From IMG/VR virus record IMGVR_UViG_3300044701_002726: a stretch of DNA of 64,000 bases, one strand, 5' to 3'. Below the pieces are notes generated by a model, which was not told the DNA's origin, did no database searches, and saw nothing but the letters and a program-made list of their open reading frames with translations. The translations under genes and the position numbers were made by a program. This document shows, in pieces, positions 29,153-39,684 of this stretch. Each line of letters begins with the position of its first letter. Within the stretch, counting starts at the first letter, position 1. The stretch comes from an uncultured virus (IMG/VR IMGVR_UViG_3300044701_002726) (Duplodnaviria; Heunggongvirae; Uroviricota; Caudoviricetes).

Positions 29153-30106
29153 TTATCCAATAAAGATTTCAGAAGGAAGAGAACCCATCTGATACATTTC
29201 TTCTTCTATTTTACTCAGTTCTTCTTGTGCTTCTTGCATTATACGAGGACCATCTAATGTAACTCCACCAGGTAATTGTATACCTGCAAACTTACTTAAA
29301 TTAGTTCCCCATTGATATTTAATTTTTGCAGTTGCATATCTTTTTAGAAATCTATCATTCCAAACATCTGTGTTTCCAGCAACTGTCATAGATACATTTG
29401 AACCAGATTGTGTTGGTTCATATACTAATTCTATTTCTGTTGGAGATTTTATTTTACGAACTTGAAGGCTTTGATTTCCAAAACTTACAAAATCATTTTC
29501 AACAATTTCTTGATCAAATATTGTGTTAGTTCCAATTACAGTTTTAGATGTGTTGTCTAATGTAACTGTACCTGTAAGGTTTATAACATCTGGTATTAAC
29601 TTACGATAACATTCTACAATTACATATTCACCAACATCTAAATCTCTTGTCCAATCTATGTCAAGAAACAATTTGTTTTGTTTACGATTGAATCTAAATT
29701 GTGGTGTGCCAGAAAAAAGAAGATTGAGTGTTGTGATATGTTGCATTGTTATTTCATAAGATACATAAGATACCGATGTAAAGTCATACAGATCATGAAG
29801 TCTTAATTGATAACGTAAATCAAACATATTAATTGATGAATTAGAATCATCAAATCTTAATACACCAGTAACAAAAGATACTGGTTCTGGGCAATAAATC
29901 CAACGACGGTCAATATCTGCTTGAGTAATTTGATGTTTCATGTACAATTTTTCTGTACCATCATAGTGATAGTCTTGAAAAAATTGTAATGCATCATCTA
30001 TACGATCATCAATTTGATCGTCATCAACATTTATATCAATTACTGGCCATCCTAATCTGCGAAGACAATAATCTTTAAACTGCGCTCTAGTTGTAGGTGT
30101 AGACAT
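29153..30106 (-). CDS. gp13: neck protein
   Basis: YCLRRLG.PVI.INV, QWGTNLSKF.G.QLPGGVTLDG. Confidence 0.93.
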   Translation of the reverse strand: MSTPTTRAQFKDYCLRRLGWPVIDINVDDDQIDDRIDDALQFFQDYHYDGTEKLYMKHQITQADIDRRWIYCPEPVSFVTGVLRFDDSNSSINMFDLRYQLRLHDLYDFTSVSYVSYEITMQHITTLNLLFSGTPQFRFNRKQNKLFLDIDWTRDLDVGEYVIVECYRKLIPDVINLTGTVTLDNTSKTVIGTNTIFDQEIVENDFVSFGNQSLQVRKIKSPTEIELVYEPTQSGSNVSMTVAGNTDVWNDRFLKRYATAKIKYQWGTNLSKFAGIQLPGGVTLDGPRIMQEAQEELSKIEEEMYQMGSLPSEIFIG

Positions 30107-30129
30107 ATAAAACCCTTTGTTTTATAGTC

Positions 30130-30137
30130 TATTTATA
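30130..30137 (-). promoter_or_regulatory. T4-type late promoter
   Basis: TATAAATA upstream of gp13. Confidence 0.75.
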
Positions 30138-30141
30138 TTAA

Positions 30142-33100
30142 TTAAGCCTGACTCTCTGACCAACTAATTCTACCACCAACTATAAATTGATTTGATGCTG
30201 TCACTGTTGATGGATCTTCAATTAGTCGTACTACTACAGTTAAAATATCTGGACCGTCCGGAAAGACATTATCTCCACCAAGTATGCTATTTCCTAATGT
30301 AACAATATCACCTAAATCTGCCACAGTATTAAGTTGAACACGACCTGTAGTTCCTGTAGAACCTGAAGCTCTAAAAGTGTATACGGTTGTTCCACCAGTT
30401 ATTCTATCACTAGTATCATGATAAATTAACTGACTTAAACTAGGATTAGTAACTCTTTTCCAAGCATAATTGTTCAATTGCCCATTTAATTTTAATGTTA
30501 CCTCGCAAGTATGTGTGGATTGTATACCAACACTATTTAAAATTAATTGCATCCTGTTTATAATTTCTCTTTCTCCTAAAAGACCTGGTGTACCATTATC
30601 GACACTAGGAGATAATCTAATACTAATCAGAGGTTGTTCATATACTACAGAAGAAACTGCTGAACTTAAAGTAACAGTATAATTACTACCAACTGTTGTT
30701 GTAGCTGTTGGAGAATTAGAAATTAACAATAAATTTCTTGTTGCTTGAGATGATGTATTAAATGGATTAGTATGCCTTGTTGTGACACCAGGCAAATAAA
30801 CTTGATATGGAGTTATCTGTGTTGATATTGGAACTCTAGTTAATGTACCAGCTGGCACATTAGAACCTGTTATTGACACACCAGGAGGAATACTATTAAA
30901 TGAGGCTGATGGAGTAACTACAGATAATGCTCTTCCTGCTTCTCTATATTGATTACCAACTAACACATAAAATGTTGATGTAGAATCAATTATACAATTG
31001 GCTATAACTGATGCTGAACCGGTAATTGATATTTGATTTGATGTCGCACTAAAAATATATGCTTTATCATCATCAAAACGACCATCCATAATTACTGATG
31101 TACCCCAGTGAGCTAAAGCTGGTACATAAGATGGTTCTCCTATGTTTTCTATTTCGTATCTAGCAGGAATATTACCAGAACGCATGTATGCTTCAGTAAA
31201 TTTATTATTGTGTATAAATTCATGAACATATACTACTTTACCTCTTTGATCTTTAAAACCAAATCGAACTTTACCAGCACCGTACCAAGAGTAGTCCATA
31301 TATGCCATTTGAATTTTATGAATATCTAAATAAAATCCTGTTGGTCCTGTTCCATCACAAACATCTATATTCCATTGCGATTGAGGAATTTTAGTGTCTA
31401 CTGTTTTCGTTATAATTACATTTGTAGAATCTACCCCTCTATAACTTGGTAAAATATACAATAATGTATTGCTTTCTATCTTAGAAATTACATATGTTTG
31501 GCCTTTTATAACTATTTTTTCACCAACATCTAATTGACTTAAAAATTTAGTATTTGTTCCAACAACAACTGCATCTTTAAAAGAAACTGAAGCAGTTCCA
31601 CTAATTTGTTGTGTGCTACTTCTTCTAACGCAATTTAAAACAGAACCATTATATTCAAAAAATAAACCATTTTGATCATCAAACAAACCACAACGAGTTT
31701 CACTATTTGTCCATCCGTCAACATAAAATTCAATAATACCGTCAGCAACACTATTCACAGGAGTTCCAAGTAATGTTACGGTAAATGTATATTGATCTAC
31801 TATACTAGCAACTTCAAAAGTTCCGTTCCAATAATTTGTTCCACTAGATGTTGTAGCGCCAAAAATTGTTATATCTAATCCTTGTGTTAATCTATGTGGA
31901 TATCTTGTAACAATTGTAGCTGTAGTTCCAACTCTAGACATCGTATCAATTGTTGTTGTTGGACTAAAATTTATAGCAAATGATACTTGTATACCTTTAC
32001 CAGATTGGTAACGGAAATATTTACGAGTCTGTCTAACCATAGATGAATCTGGATTAGTACTTGGTATTAATTCTACACCACCATCATAAGGACGATGTAA
32101 AGCAAAACCATCTGATCGTAAAAGTAAACTTGTACTAACAGCATAATTGACATTTGTAAAATCTTCTGTTACTGCATTTAATAATTCTAATTCGTTGGTA
32201 CTATTAATTAGTTTTATTTGAGCTAATGTTGTAGAATAAGCTTCATTTTGAACTTGAACATATGTTAAATTAGTACCAGTACCTACAAAATCTATTCTGT
32301 TTGTATTATTTGTTGCATCTAATGGCGTTGCGTGTAAAGTAAATTGTTGAGTAGTTAAAACTCTAACATAATATATTTTATTCAATTCAATATTTTGTGG
32401 AACTACATCAGCAGAATTAAAATATAAACTGTTACCTGTTGTAAAATTATGTACTATTGGAGTTGTAAATGTATCATTAGCTGCATCATAACCTGAAATT
32501 GAACCAGTTAATTGTGATGGATTTTTGTATAATTTTATAGTATTTCCACTAGTAAAAACTGCTGGAAAATTGGTACCAACACCAACAATTTTTGTGGTAG
32601 TATTTGATATACTAACTGTTCCAGAACCTAAAACTTCTCCTGAAACTATTGAAGTGGTTAATCTATGAATCCCAGTACCATTAGATGTAATAGATACATT
32701 AATAGAACTTTCAGCATCTGCTAATGACGATGCTAATTTAAACCAATTGTTATTATATCTTATAACATAATATGTGGTGTCATTTGTTAATCCAGACATA
32801 ACAGTAGAAGTTGATGTATATGTTACTGGAGTGCCAGTTATAAGACCATGATTAGGTACAAAAAAAGCATTTCTATTTAAATCTAAAGATGATGTTATTG
32901 TAATTTTTCTTAATGGCAATTCATTATTGGCTGTTATTTTAAATGAAGTATCTGTTATTTTTTCTGTAAGTTTATAAACACCATCTGCTGCGTTATTACT
33001 TACAGCTTCTAAACTTTGTGTTCCTGAACCAGTTGAAGTTATATCTACTAAATTTGCTGTTCTAGCAAAACCAGTTCCTGTACCAAATTCAACATTCACT

Positions 33101-35307
33101 CTATCTGTGTTGTTTATAGCTCCATCTTTAGTCCAATGAAATGAAAATGCACTTGAACTTAAAACTCTAACCCAATACCAAGCACCATTAATTAAACCTG
33201 GTAAAGGAGTACTTGAAGAGTAACGAACAGCTTGTCCTGTTGTAAAACCATGAGCTATTACAGTAGTACCAATAGTAGCTGTAAATACGTCAGTACCAAA
33301 ATTTGTAAAACCATGATTTATAGAAATTGATGACGTTATCCAACCAAGTGGTGTTGTTGCTAATTTTATTGTATTGAGAGTGGATTGGAATACATAATAT
33401 GTAGTTCCATTTGTTAGTCCACCAATTGCAGTATTAGAATCATTGTTATATATGACAGCAGTACCATCACTTAGATTATGATTTTGTATTGTAATTGACT
33501 CATTGTTTGCATTTGAAACTCTTGAAGAAACTGTATATATACCATCTGACGAACCTATAGATGTTAAATTAATAGATCCTCCAGCAGTTGTTCTAAATCT
33601 AAGTCTATTAGCACTTACAGCTTCTACATTATATAACGCACCACTAGATAAACCACCAGGAGTAACACCTGAAACTGTTGTAAATGTAGCTAAAGAACCA
33701 GTTGTGTAACCATGATTTGGAAAATAAATGCTATTATTATCAGTCAAATTTCGCATTTTTATCATAAACGCACCAACATTAGTCAAACCAACATTATTCC
33801 ATTGAACTACTGACCCATTAAAAGTATATCTAAATCTTGCCCACCTTGTTACATCACTAGTATTTGATGAATCTGGAAGGAAATAATATGCAGTAACAGA
33901 AGCTAAAGTAGTATTTACTGTTACAGCACTACCAGTGCTACCATCAAAAAAAGCAACAGGTAAATTGTTATCTGTTGAAAAATTGAAATCGTGATTTTGA
34001 TCAAATAATACAGCATCACCATTAAATCCAGATGAATCTGTAGCTAAAATTCTCCATGCTCTAATAAGGGCCGATCGCATTACTCCGCCATTTGAACCAG
34101 ATCCACTTATTTGGATTCTTGTTGTACCTCCAAAATTATCTGTAAAATAAACTGTTGTTGAATTTAAAACACGAACATAATAACCATTAAAAGTTGCTAA
34201 TCCAGTTATTCCAGTATTTCCTTCACCAACAACATAAAGATATGGTGTATTGTCTGTTATTCCGTGATTGAAATTAAATGTAACAGTATCTTGTGCCGAA
34301 TCTACTGTTATGTCACTTGCAGTAAAATAAAATGCACCCAATGGATCAAAATCATATGGATTAACAGCACCTATCATAAAACCAGTGTTAGATTCATTAG
34401 TTGCTGTATTATTATTTACTGTTGTTGATAACTCTATATAAGTATTTGGTTGAACATTTGCTGTATCAAAATTTAATGCTACTGTTCCTTTACTGTTTGA
34501 TAAAAAGAAACTAGTATTTACTGAAAATTCTGTTGGATAAGCTGTTGTTACAGTTAATGAAGATGAAGAATTACCGTCAGTTACAATTCCTTCAATACCA
34601 GAAATATCAAATTCTGTTCCAGTATAAAGTGATCCTGGAAAAACTTGAGTGTAAGTATCTTTAATACTTCCAGTAAATGATTGAATTCCTTTTGCTTTAT
34701 ACAATATTGTTGTGTCATTTGGAACAGAAACAACCACAAATCCACCATCACAAGTAATATTTTTAGAACCTAAAATAATTACTGGGCTTCCTGGTGATAA
34801 TGTGTGAACTTCACTTAATGTTACTGTCACAACATCACTGCCAGAAACAGTTTGAATATCACTAACTACTAAATCTGCATCTCCATTCCTTGCAAAAAAT
34901 GTAGGAATGTTTTTTACTTTTTCAAGAGTTTCCCATTTTGTACTTTGTAATCCATATTCAAAGTCTGTATCAATTAAGTTTGATGGCTGACTAACTCGTA
35001 ATTTACTAACCGGATCTACAAAAGTATCACTAGGTTCAAAATTACCAAAATCTTGTTCTGCAAATATTTGTAATTTATCTGTAGAACTCATTGCTGAGCA
35101 ATTATAATCTAATATTAAAGTAGTTTTTTCATTTGGATAATCATATGTAATACTGTTTAGTCCTGCTGTGGTACTATTAAATGTAAAAATAGTTTGATTA
35201 GCAGTTACATTAGTAATTAATAAAAATCTTTCTGGTTTGTAAATACCATCAATTACAATTTTGTTTTGTGATGGAGTAAATTCGTAGTAATGTAAAAGTT
35301 TTTTCAT
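30142..35307 (-). CDS. large virion structural / fibre-associated protein (1721 aa)
   Basis: Repeated HG(F/L).TG..V.Y...GL.NG..YYV modules; LIDTDFEYGLQ.TKWE and RQTRKYFRYQSGKG blocks. Confidence 0.7.
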   Translation of the reverse strand: MKKLLHYYEFTPSQNKIVIDGIYKPERFLLITNVTANQTIFTFNSTTAGLNSITYDYPNEKTTLILDYNCSAMSSTDKLQIFAEQDFGNFEPSDTFVDPVSKLRVSQPSNLIDTDFEYGLQSTKWETLEKVKNIPTFFARNGDADLVVSDIQTVSGSDVVTVTLSEVHTLSPGSPVIILGSKNITCDGGFVVVSVPNDTTILYKAKGIQSFTGSIKDTYTQVFPGSLYTGTEFDISGIEGIVTDGNSSSSLTVTTAYPTEFSVNTSFFLSNSKGTVALNFDTANVQPNTYIELSTTVNNNTATNESNTGFMIGAVNPYDFDPLGAFYFTASDITVDSAQDTVTFNFNHGITDNTPYLYVVGEGNTGITGLATFNGYYVRVLNSTTVYFTDNFGGTTRIQISGSGSNGGVMRSALIRAWRILATDSSGFNGDAVLFDQNHDFNFSTDNNLPVAFFDGSTGSAVTVNTTLASVTAYYFLPDSSNTSDVTRWARFRYTFNGSVVQWNNVGLTNVGAFMIKMRNLTDNNSIYFPNHGYTTGSLATFTTVSGVTPGGLSSGALYNVEAVSANRLRFRTTAGGSINLTSIGSSDGIYTVSSRVSNANNESITIQNHNLSDGTAVIYNNDSNTAIGGLTNGTTYYVFQSTLNTIKLATTPLGWITSSISINHGFTNFGTDVFTATIGTTVIAHGFTTGQAVRYSSSTPLPGLINGAWYWVRVLSSSAFSFHWTKDGAINNTDRVNVEFGTGTGFARTANLVDITSTGSGTQSLEAVSNNAADGVYKLTEKITDTSFKITANNELPLRKITITSSLDLNRNAFFVPNHGLITGTPVTYTSTSTVMSGLTNDTTYYVIRYNNNWFKLASSLADAESSINVSITSNGTGIHRLTTSIVSGEVLGSGTVSISNTTTKIVGVGTNFPAVFTSGNTIKLYKNPSQLTGSISGYDAANDTFTTPIVHNFTTGNSLYFNSADVVPQNIELNKIYYVRVLTTQQFTLHATPLDATNNTNRIDFVGTGTNLTYVQVQNEAYSTTLAQIKLINSTNELELLNAVTEDFTNVNYAVSTSLLLRSDGFALHRPYDGGVELIPSTNPDSSMVRQTRKYFRYQSGKGIQVSFAINFSPTTTIDTMSRVGTTATIVTRYPHRLTQGLDITIFGATTSSGTNYWNGTFEVASIVDQYTFTVTLLGTPVNSVADGIIEFYVDGWTNSETRCGLFDDQNGLFFEYNGSVLNCVRRSSTQQISGTASVSFKDAVVVGTNTKFLSQLDVGEKIVIKGQTYVISKIESNTLLYILPSYRGVDSTNVIITKTVDTKIPQSQWNIDVCDGTGPTGFYLDIHKIQMAYMDYSWYGAGKVRFGFKDQRGKVVYVHEFIHNNKFTEAYMRSGNIPARYEIENIGEPSYVPALAHWGTSVIMDGRFDDDKAYIFSATSNQISITGSASVIANCIIDSTSTFYVLVGNQYREAGRALSVVTPSASFNSIPPGVSITGSNVPAGTLTRVPISTQITPYQVYLPGVTTRHTNPFNTSSQATRNLLLISNSPTATTTVGSNYTVTLSSAVSSVVYEQPLISIRLSPSVDNGTPGLLGEREIINRMQLILNSVGIQSTHTCEVTLKLNGQLNNYAWKRVTNPSLSQLIYHDTSDRITGGTTVYTFRASGSTGTTGRVQLNTVADLGDIVTLGNSILGGDNVFPDGPDILTVVVRLIEDPSTVTASNQFIVGGRISWSESQA

Positions 35308-35326
35308 TATTGAAATACCTTATTGA

Positions 35327-35866
35327 TTATAATGCAATTGCAAATGCTATGGCTTGTTCTAATGTAACACCACCAGTTCCAGAGTAACCTGAATACCCTG
35401 ATCTTCCAGAATAACCAGAATAACCTGATGTTCCAGATATGCCTGAATAGCCAGAATAACCTGATCTACCTGAATAACCTGAAATACCAGAATAACCTGA
35501 TGTACCTATACCAGAATAACCTGATGTACCTATACCTGAATAACCTGATATACCTGAGTAACCTGATGTACCTATACCAGAATAACCTGATACGCCTGAA
35601 CCAGAATATCCTGATGTACCTATACCTGAATAACCAGACCATCCTGATCTACCAGAATAACCAGATATACCAGAATGGCCAGAAATTCCTGAGTAACCTG
35701 ATGTACCTGATGTTCCAGATATGCCTGAATAACCAGAGTAACCTGATATACCTGATCCAGAGTAACCTGATATACCTGATCCAGAGTATCCTGATAGCCC
35801 TGAGTATCCAGAGTAACCAGATTCGCCAATAAAATTATTACTTAAAAAATTACTTAGTGTTATCAT
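35327..35866 (-). CDS. short Gly-X-Ser collagen-like fibre protein
   Basis: About 150 aa of SGYSG repeats; C-terminal AIAFAIAL. Confidence 0.75.
   Translation of the reverse strand: MITLSNFLSNNFIGESGYSGYSGLSGYSGSGISGYSGSGISGYSGYSGISGTSGTSGYSGISGHSGISGYSGRSGWSGYSGIGTSGYSGSGVSGYSGIGTSGYSGISGYSGIGTSGYSGIGTSGYSGISGYSGRSGYSGYSGISGTSGYSGYSGRSGYSGYSGTGGVTLEQAIAFAIAL
35375..35826 (-). repeat. (Gly-X-Ser)n coding repeat
   Basis: 9-nt periodic CCAGAATAA/CCTGATATA units on the + strand. Confidence 0.9.
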
Positions 35867-35905
35867 TTTTTATTTTTTATTTTTTATATGGTATTTATGT
35901 GTTTT

Positions 35906-36355
35906 TTAAATCTCTAGTGTTGGCCATATAATATTAGTTGGGTCAGTTTGTTGAGTTATGTTTCTTAAATCTTCAATATACTCATCAATTATATGAATTT
36001 TTTCTTCACTATCAGCTGTTGGTACTCCTAATCTAGTTTGAGACTGATATCTAAATATTCTCCATTCAACTTCCTTTATCTTTTCATCTCTTTTGAATCT
36101 TATTGTTTGCCATTCTTTTTCAACTATTTCTGCTATTTCTTCTTCTGAAAAATCTACAATTTGCCAAGTTGTACCTGTCCATAAAAGTCTTTGTCTTTGA
36201 TTATGAACTGGAGGGTCTTCTACTAAAACATAACCAGCATCAGAAATTTCTTCTTCTGTGAAAGTGTCTTTTCCTGTACGAGTCAAACCATTAGACAATC
36301 TAATTCTGTCTGGTAAAGAACTTGGATAATTACCTATATGACTATATAAACTCAT
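35906..36355 (-). CDS. tail-fibre assembly chaperone-like protein
   Basis: W..IR.KRD....EW...Y..DLRNITQQTDP.NI.WP. Confidence 0.7.
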   Translation of the reverse strand: MSLYSHIGNYPSSLPDRIRLSNGLTRTGKDTFTEEEISDAGYVLVEDPPVHNQRQRLLWTGTTWQIVDFSEEEIAEIVEKEWQTIRFKRDEKIKEVEWRIFRYQSQTRLGVPTADSEEKIHIIDEYIEDLRNITQQTDPTNIIWPTLEI

Positions 36356-36370
36356 TTTTTTAAAACTCCT

Positions 36371-38122
36371 TTAATAACCAGTGCCTGACATATAACTACC
36401 AGAATATACCGTCCATGATGTTCCAGTTGAATTGCCAACAAATACATAACTTTGGTTTGCAGTCAAAGTATATATTGCGTAAGCTGTACTTGTTGAAGCT
36501 ATCATAGCTTGGCCAGTTGTTCGATTATGATTTCCAACTAAAATTTCTACAACAGGAACATTTCCAGTTGAAGCTTGATTAAAAAATGTAGCTTCATACA
36601 CAATTCCTGGTGAACCTACTGTACCACTAGTACTTCCATTTCCTTCGTATCTTATACGGGTATAATTTGACCCAGAAGATATTGTCGATACCCTTTGATA
36701 TGAATTGTCGGCAGCTCCAATATGTATTTTGTTAAGATTTGGATTACTTGCACTTAAACTGCTGTATGCAGTTGAACCATTACCAAAAGTTAAATAAGTA
36801 TTTGAACCAACAAAAACAGTTAAGTAATTAGTAGAACTAATAGTGAATGTTGGTATATTTACGGATCTATTAGCATCATCAGCAGAAGCATTTTGTAATC
36901 CTGTCCAACCAGAAGGAGGATATGTGGCAGCTCCACCAGCACCTAATGTTGGAGCTTTTGTTCCAGATACTCTTGTGTATATTGGTGTAGCTGGAGTTTG
37001 TGATGTGTCATTGATAGTTACTGAACTTGAAGTTGCTATTATAGCTCCACTAGTGCTTCCACTTCTCAAACGAAATTGAAAAGATTCTGCTGCACTTTCG
37101 GTAGTTAAATCTGAATTTAATGTAAATGTTACTGAACCAGCACTACCGGATATAGAAACACTACCTCCACTAGATATTGCACTAGATGGAGAACTAAAAT
37201 CACCATCAGTAACCGTTCCAGAAGGAACTAATGTCCAATATAATGTTCCACTAGAAAAATTACCACTAGTGATGCTTATATTAAATGTAACAGAACTGCC
37301 TTCATTGACTGAACTTGTAGTTGGAGTAATTGTGGCTGTAATTGGAGTAGAACTATCCGTAATGGTTAAAGTAGCACTACCTAAAATACTATTGGAGTAT
37401 GAAAAGTAACTTACTTCAGCAGTTAATGTTTCTGTTCCTTCAAGAACTCCGTCTGCAATTGTAGTAACTCCTACTTGATTTGTTCCAAATCCTATGGTTA
37501 TTCCAGTACTAATACTAGAAAAATCTATGTCTTTTGTTGAAGAAGCAGTACCAGAATAGGTAATTGATGCTGTACCGGTAGTATAAGTTCCTATATTTCC
37601 TAAAGTAACTTGTAAAAAAGAACTCTGAGAATTTTCATTTATCGTAGAAGAAGACCAAGATACAGTACAAGTACAAGCAGGAATGCTATATGTACCAGAA
37701 GTATATACAACTGGACCACTAGTGCTACCTGTTCTAATTTGAATTTGAAATGTTTTAGCTACTTTTGAGGGGTTTGCTATTATACTGGTACGTGCAATAA
37801 AAGTTCCCAACTGTGCCAGAGAATTTATAGTAAAACTACCAGAAGTAACAGAAGAGAAAAAATCGCCAGCAACTGTTGTTCCATGTAATATGGTCCAATA
37901 TAAAGTAGTATTGCTCAATATGTTTTCGGTCGACAATGTAAATGTTGTTTGCGAGTTTTCTAAAATTGTACCACTATTTGGTTCAAGATTAACATATTTA
38001 AATGTTGGAGGCCAAATATTAAGGCGTCTAGCATTATATGCATCAAATGTATCATGTACACCTGATGCTGTTGTTATTGAAGTAGTTCTTTTTGCGCCAA
38101 TATTTCCAGAATTTCTTTTCAT
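36371..38122 (-). CDS. Ser/Thr-rich fibre tip / adhesin with Calx-beta/Ig-like repeats
   Basis: Repeated SSVNEGSSVTF...TLYWT...RTGSTSG modules. Confidence 0.6.
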   Translation of the reverse strand: MKRNSGNIGAKRTTSITTASGVHDTFDAYNARRLNIWPPTFKYVNLEPNSGTILENSQTTFTLSTENILSNTTLYWTILHGTTVAGDFFSSVTSGSFTINSLAQLGTFIARTSIIANPSKVAKTFQIQIRTGSTSGPVVYTSGTYSIPACTCTVSWSSSTINENSQSSFLQVTLGNIGTYTTGTASITYSGTASSTKDIDFSSISTGITIGFGTNQVGVTTIADGVLEGTETLTAEVSYFSYSNSILGSATLTITDSSTPITATITPTTSSVNEGSSVTFNISITSGNFSSGTLYWTLVPSGTVTDGDFSSPSSAISSGGSVSISGSAGSVTFTLNSDLTTESAAESFQFRLRSGSTSGAIIATSSSVTINDTSQTPATPIYTRVSGTKAPTLGAGGAATYPPSGWTGLQNASADDANRSVNIPTFTISSTNYLTVFVGSNTYLTFGNGSTAYSSLSASNPNLNKIHIGAADNSYQRVSTISSGSNYTRIRYEGNGSTSGTVGSPGIVYEATFFNQASTGNVPVVEILVGNHNRTTGQAMIASTSTAYAIYTLTANQSYVFVGNSTGTSWTVYSGSYMSGTGY

Positions 38123-38123
38123 C

Positions 38124-39302
38124 TTAAACTTTTATCCTAATAATTCTTGGATAACTAGATCCATTATAAGTTGTAAAGTCACCACAAATCAATGCTGTAC
38201 TAGGTGATGCAAGAAGAATATGACGAACAATATTATTAAAACCACTTCCAGCTGTAGTTAAAAAAGTTGTGTCTACACTTCCATCAGTATTAAGTAAAGC
38301 AATCGAACCTGTAATATAACCATTTATTGTAGTAAAACTACCACCAATTAAATATCTACCATCTGGCAACTGAATTCCAGCAAAAACATGTCCGCCAGAG
38401 TAAGTAGGAGACGCAAAACTCGTATCAGTTGTTCCGTCAGAATTTAATCTTGCTATTCCAAAATAACCAGCATAGAAAATTTTACCATCTGATTGTGGTA
38501 TAATTACTCTTGGAAAACTAGCGCCAATGTTTGCTTCAAAACCAAATGGATCTATTGTACCATAAGATCCTTGAAATGGAGATTCATTTCCTGAAAGAAC
38601 TTTTATAAGGTATTGATCCGGACTTGTAAAATCTCCGCCGACGTAAAAACTATAATCTGGAGCTACACCTATAACATAAACACCACCTCCAGTGAGATTA
38701 ACATTACCTAAATATTGGCACTCACCATTTATATACACTAATCCATTTCTATTAGATACACCGTTAAATGTAGAAAATTGTCCTCCAATATGAAAAGTAC
38801 TTTTAGTAGAATTAGCTGCTTTAATAACTTCTACAGTAGAATTAAATCCTTGAACTAATCCAGACATGTTGGTATAATTTCCAGAAGTATTTATTTTTGC
38901 AATCCTAGTGCTAGTTATACCTTGAAATGTTGTAAAATCTCCCCCGCATAGATATGAACCATCTCCAGTAATTTCTATAGTTTTAACATTATTATCAAAA
39001 CCACTGCTAGGGTTGAAAGCAGTATCTAAACTACCATCTGAGTTAAGTCTAAGAATTCTATTTCTTGTTGTAGCATTGAAAGAAGTAAAAGTGCCAACAC
39101 ACATTATTTTACCATCACTCTGTAATGCCATTTGATATACAATACTTCCAGTATTAAAACCAGTCCCAAAACCATTAAATGTTAAATCTAAATCTCCAGG
39201 CAAAGACTTATTATGTTTAGAGAAATCTAAATTGTGAATTCCTCTTACTGTGCTTATTTTACCAGGTCCAATTAGACCAGCATTATAAGTATAAAACCCC
39301 AT
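38124..39302 (-). CDS. delta-60-repeat beta-propeller protein, putative receptor-binding tip
   Basis: Repeated QSDGKI...GG.FT..N...RLNSDG..DT.F. Confidence 0.75.
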   Translation of the reverse strand: MGFYTYNAGLIGPGKISTVRGIHNLDFSKHNKSLPGDLDLTFNGFGTGFNTGSIVYQMALQSDGKIMCVGTFTSFNATTRNRILRLNSDGSLDTAFNPSSGFDNNVKTIEITGDGSYLCGGDFTTFQGITSTRIAKINTSGNYTNMSGLVQGFNSTVEVIKAANSTKSTFHIGGQFSTFNGVSNRNGLVYINGECQYLGNVNLTGGGVYVIGVAPDYSFYVGGDFTSPDQYLIKVLSGNESPFQGSYGTIDPFGFEANIGASFPRVIIPQSDGKIFYAGYFGIARLNSDGTTDTSFASPTYSGGHVFAGIQLPDGRYLIGGSFTTINGYITGSIALLNTDGSVDTTFLTTAGSGFNNIVRHILLASPSTALICGDFTTYNGSSYPRIIRIKV

Positions 39303-39308
39303 TTATTT

Positions 39309-39671
39309 TTAACTCAATTCTTCATAAGAACAAACTGCTTCTAAATCACCAGTAGCACTAGCTGTAAGTCTAATACTATCATTTTCTTCTAGATAAATTG
39401 ATGTATCTTTAGAAATTAAAACTAAAGTAGAATCTGCTGGAACAGAAATCGTAAATGCTAATCTAAATGAAGTAGCACCATTTTTCAAAACATCAGCAGT
39501 AATATCTGCTGCAGCACTTCCATCAACATTAGCTATTGTAAGAGAATTAATTTTAAATACTTTATTTGATCCAGAAGAATTTGTAACAATTGCTTGAGCT
39601 GATGTAGTAACAGCTAAACCAACTGTTTTTCCTGTTATTGTTGCAACATTAAATATGTTTGGCGCTGCCAT
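39309..39671 (-). CDS. small virion adaptor protein (paralog A1)
   Basis: IANVDG..VPADSTLVLI..LEENDSI...S.EE. Confidence 0.6.
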   Translation of the reverse strand: MAAPNIFNVATITGKTVGLAVTTSAQAIVTNSSGSNKVFKINSLTIANVDGSAAADITADVLKNGATSFRLAFTISVPADSTLVLISKDTSIYLEENDSIRLTASATGDLEAVCSYEELS

Positions 39672-39684
39672 TTTATTTTTGTCC

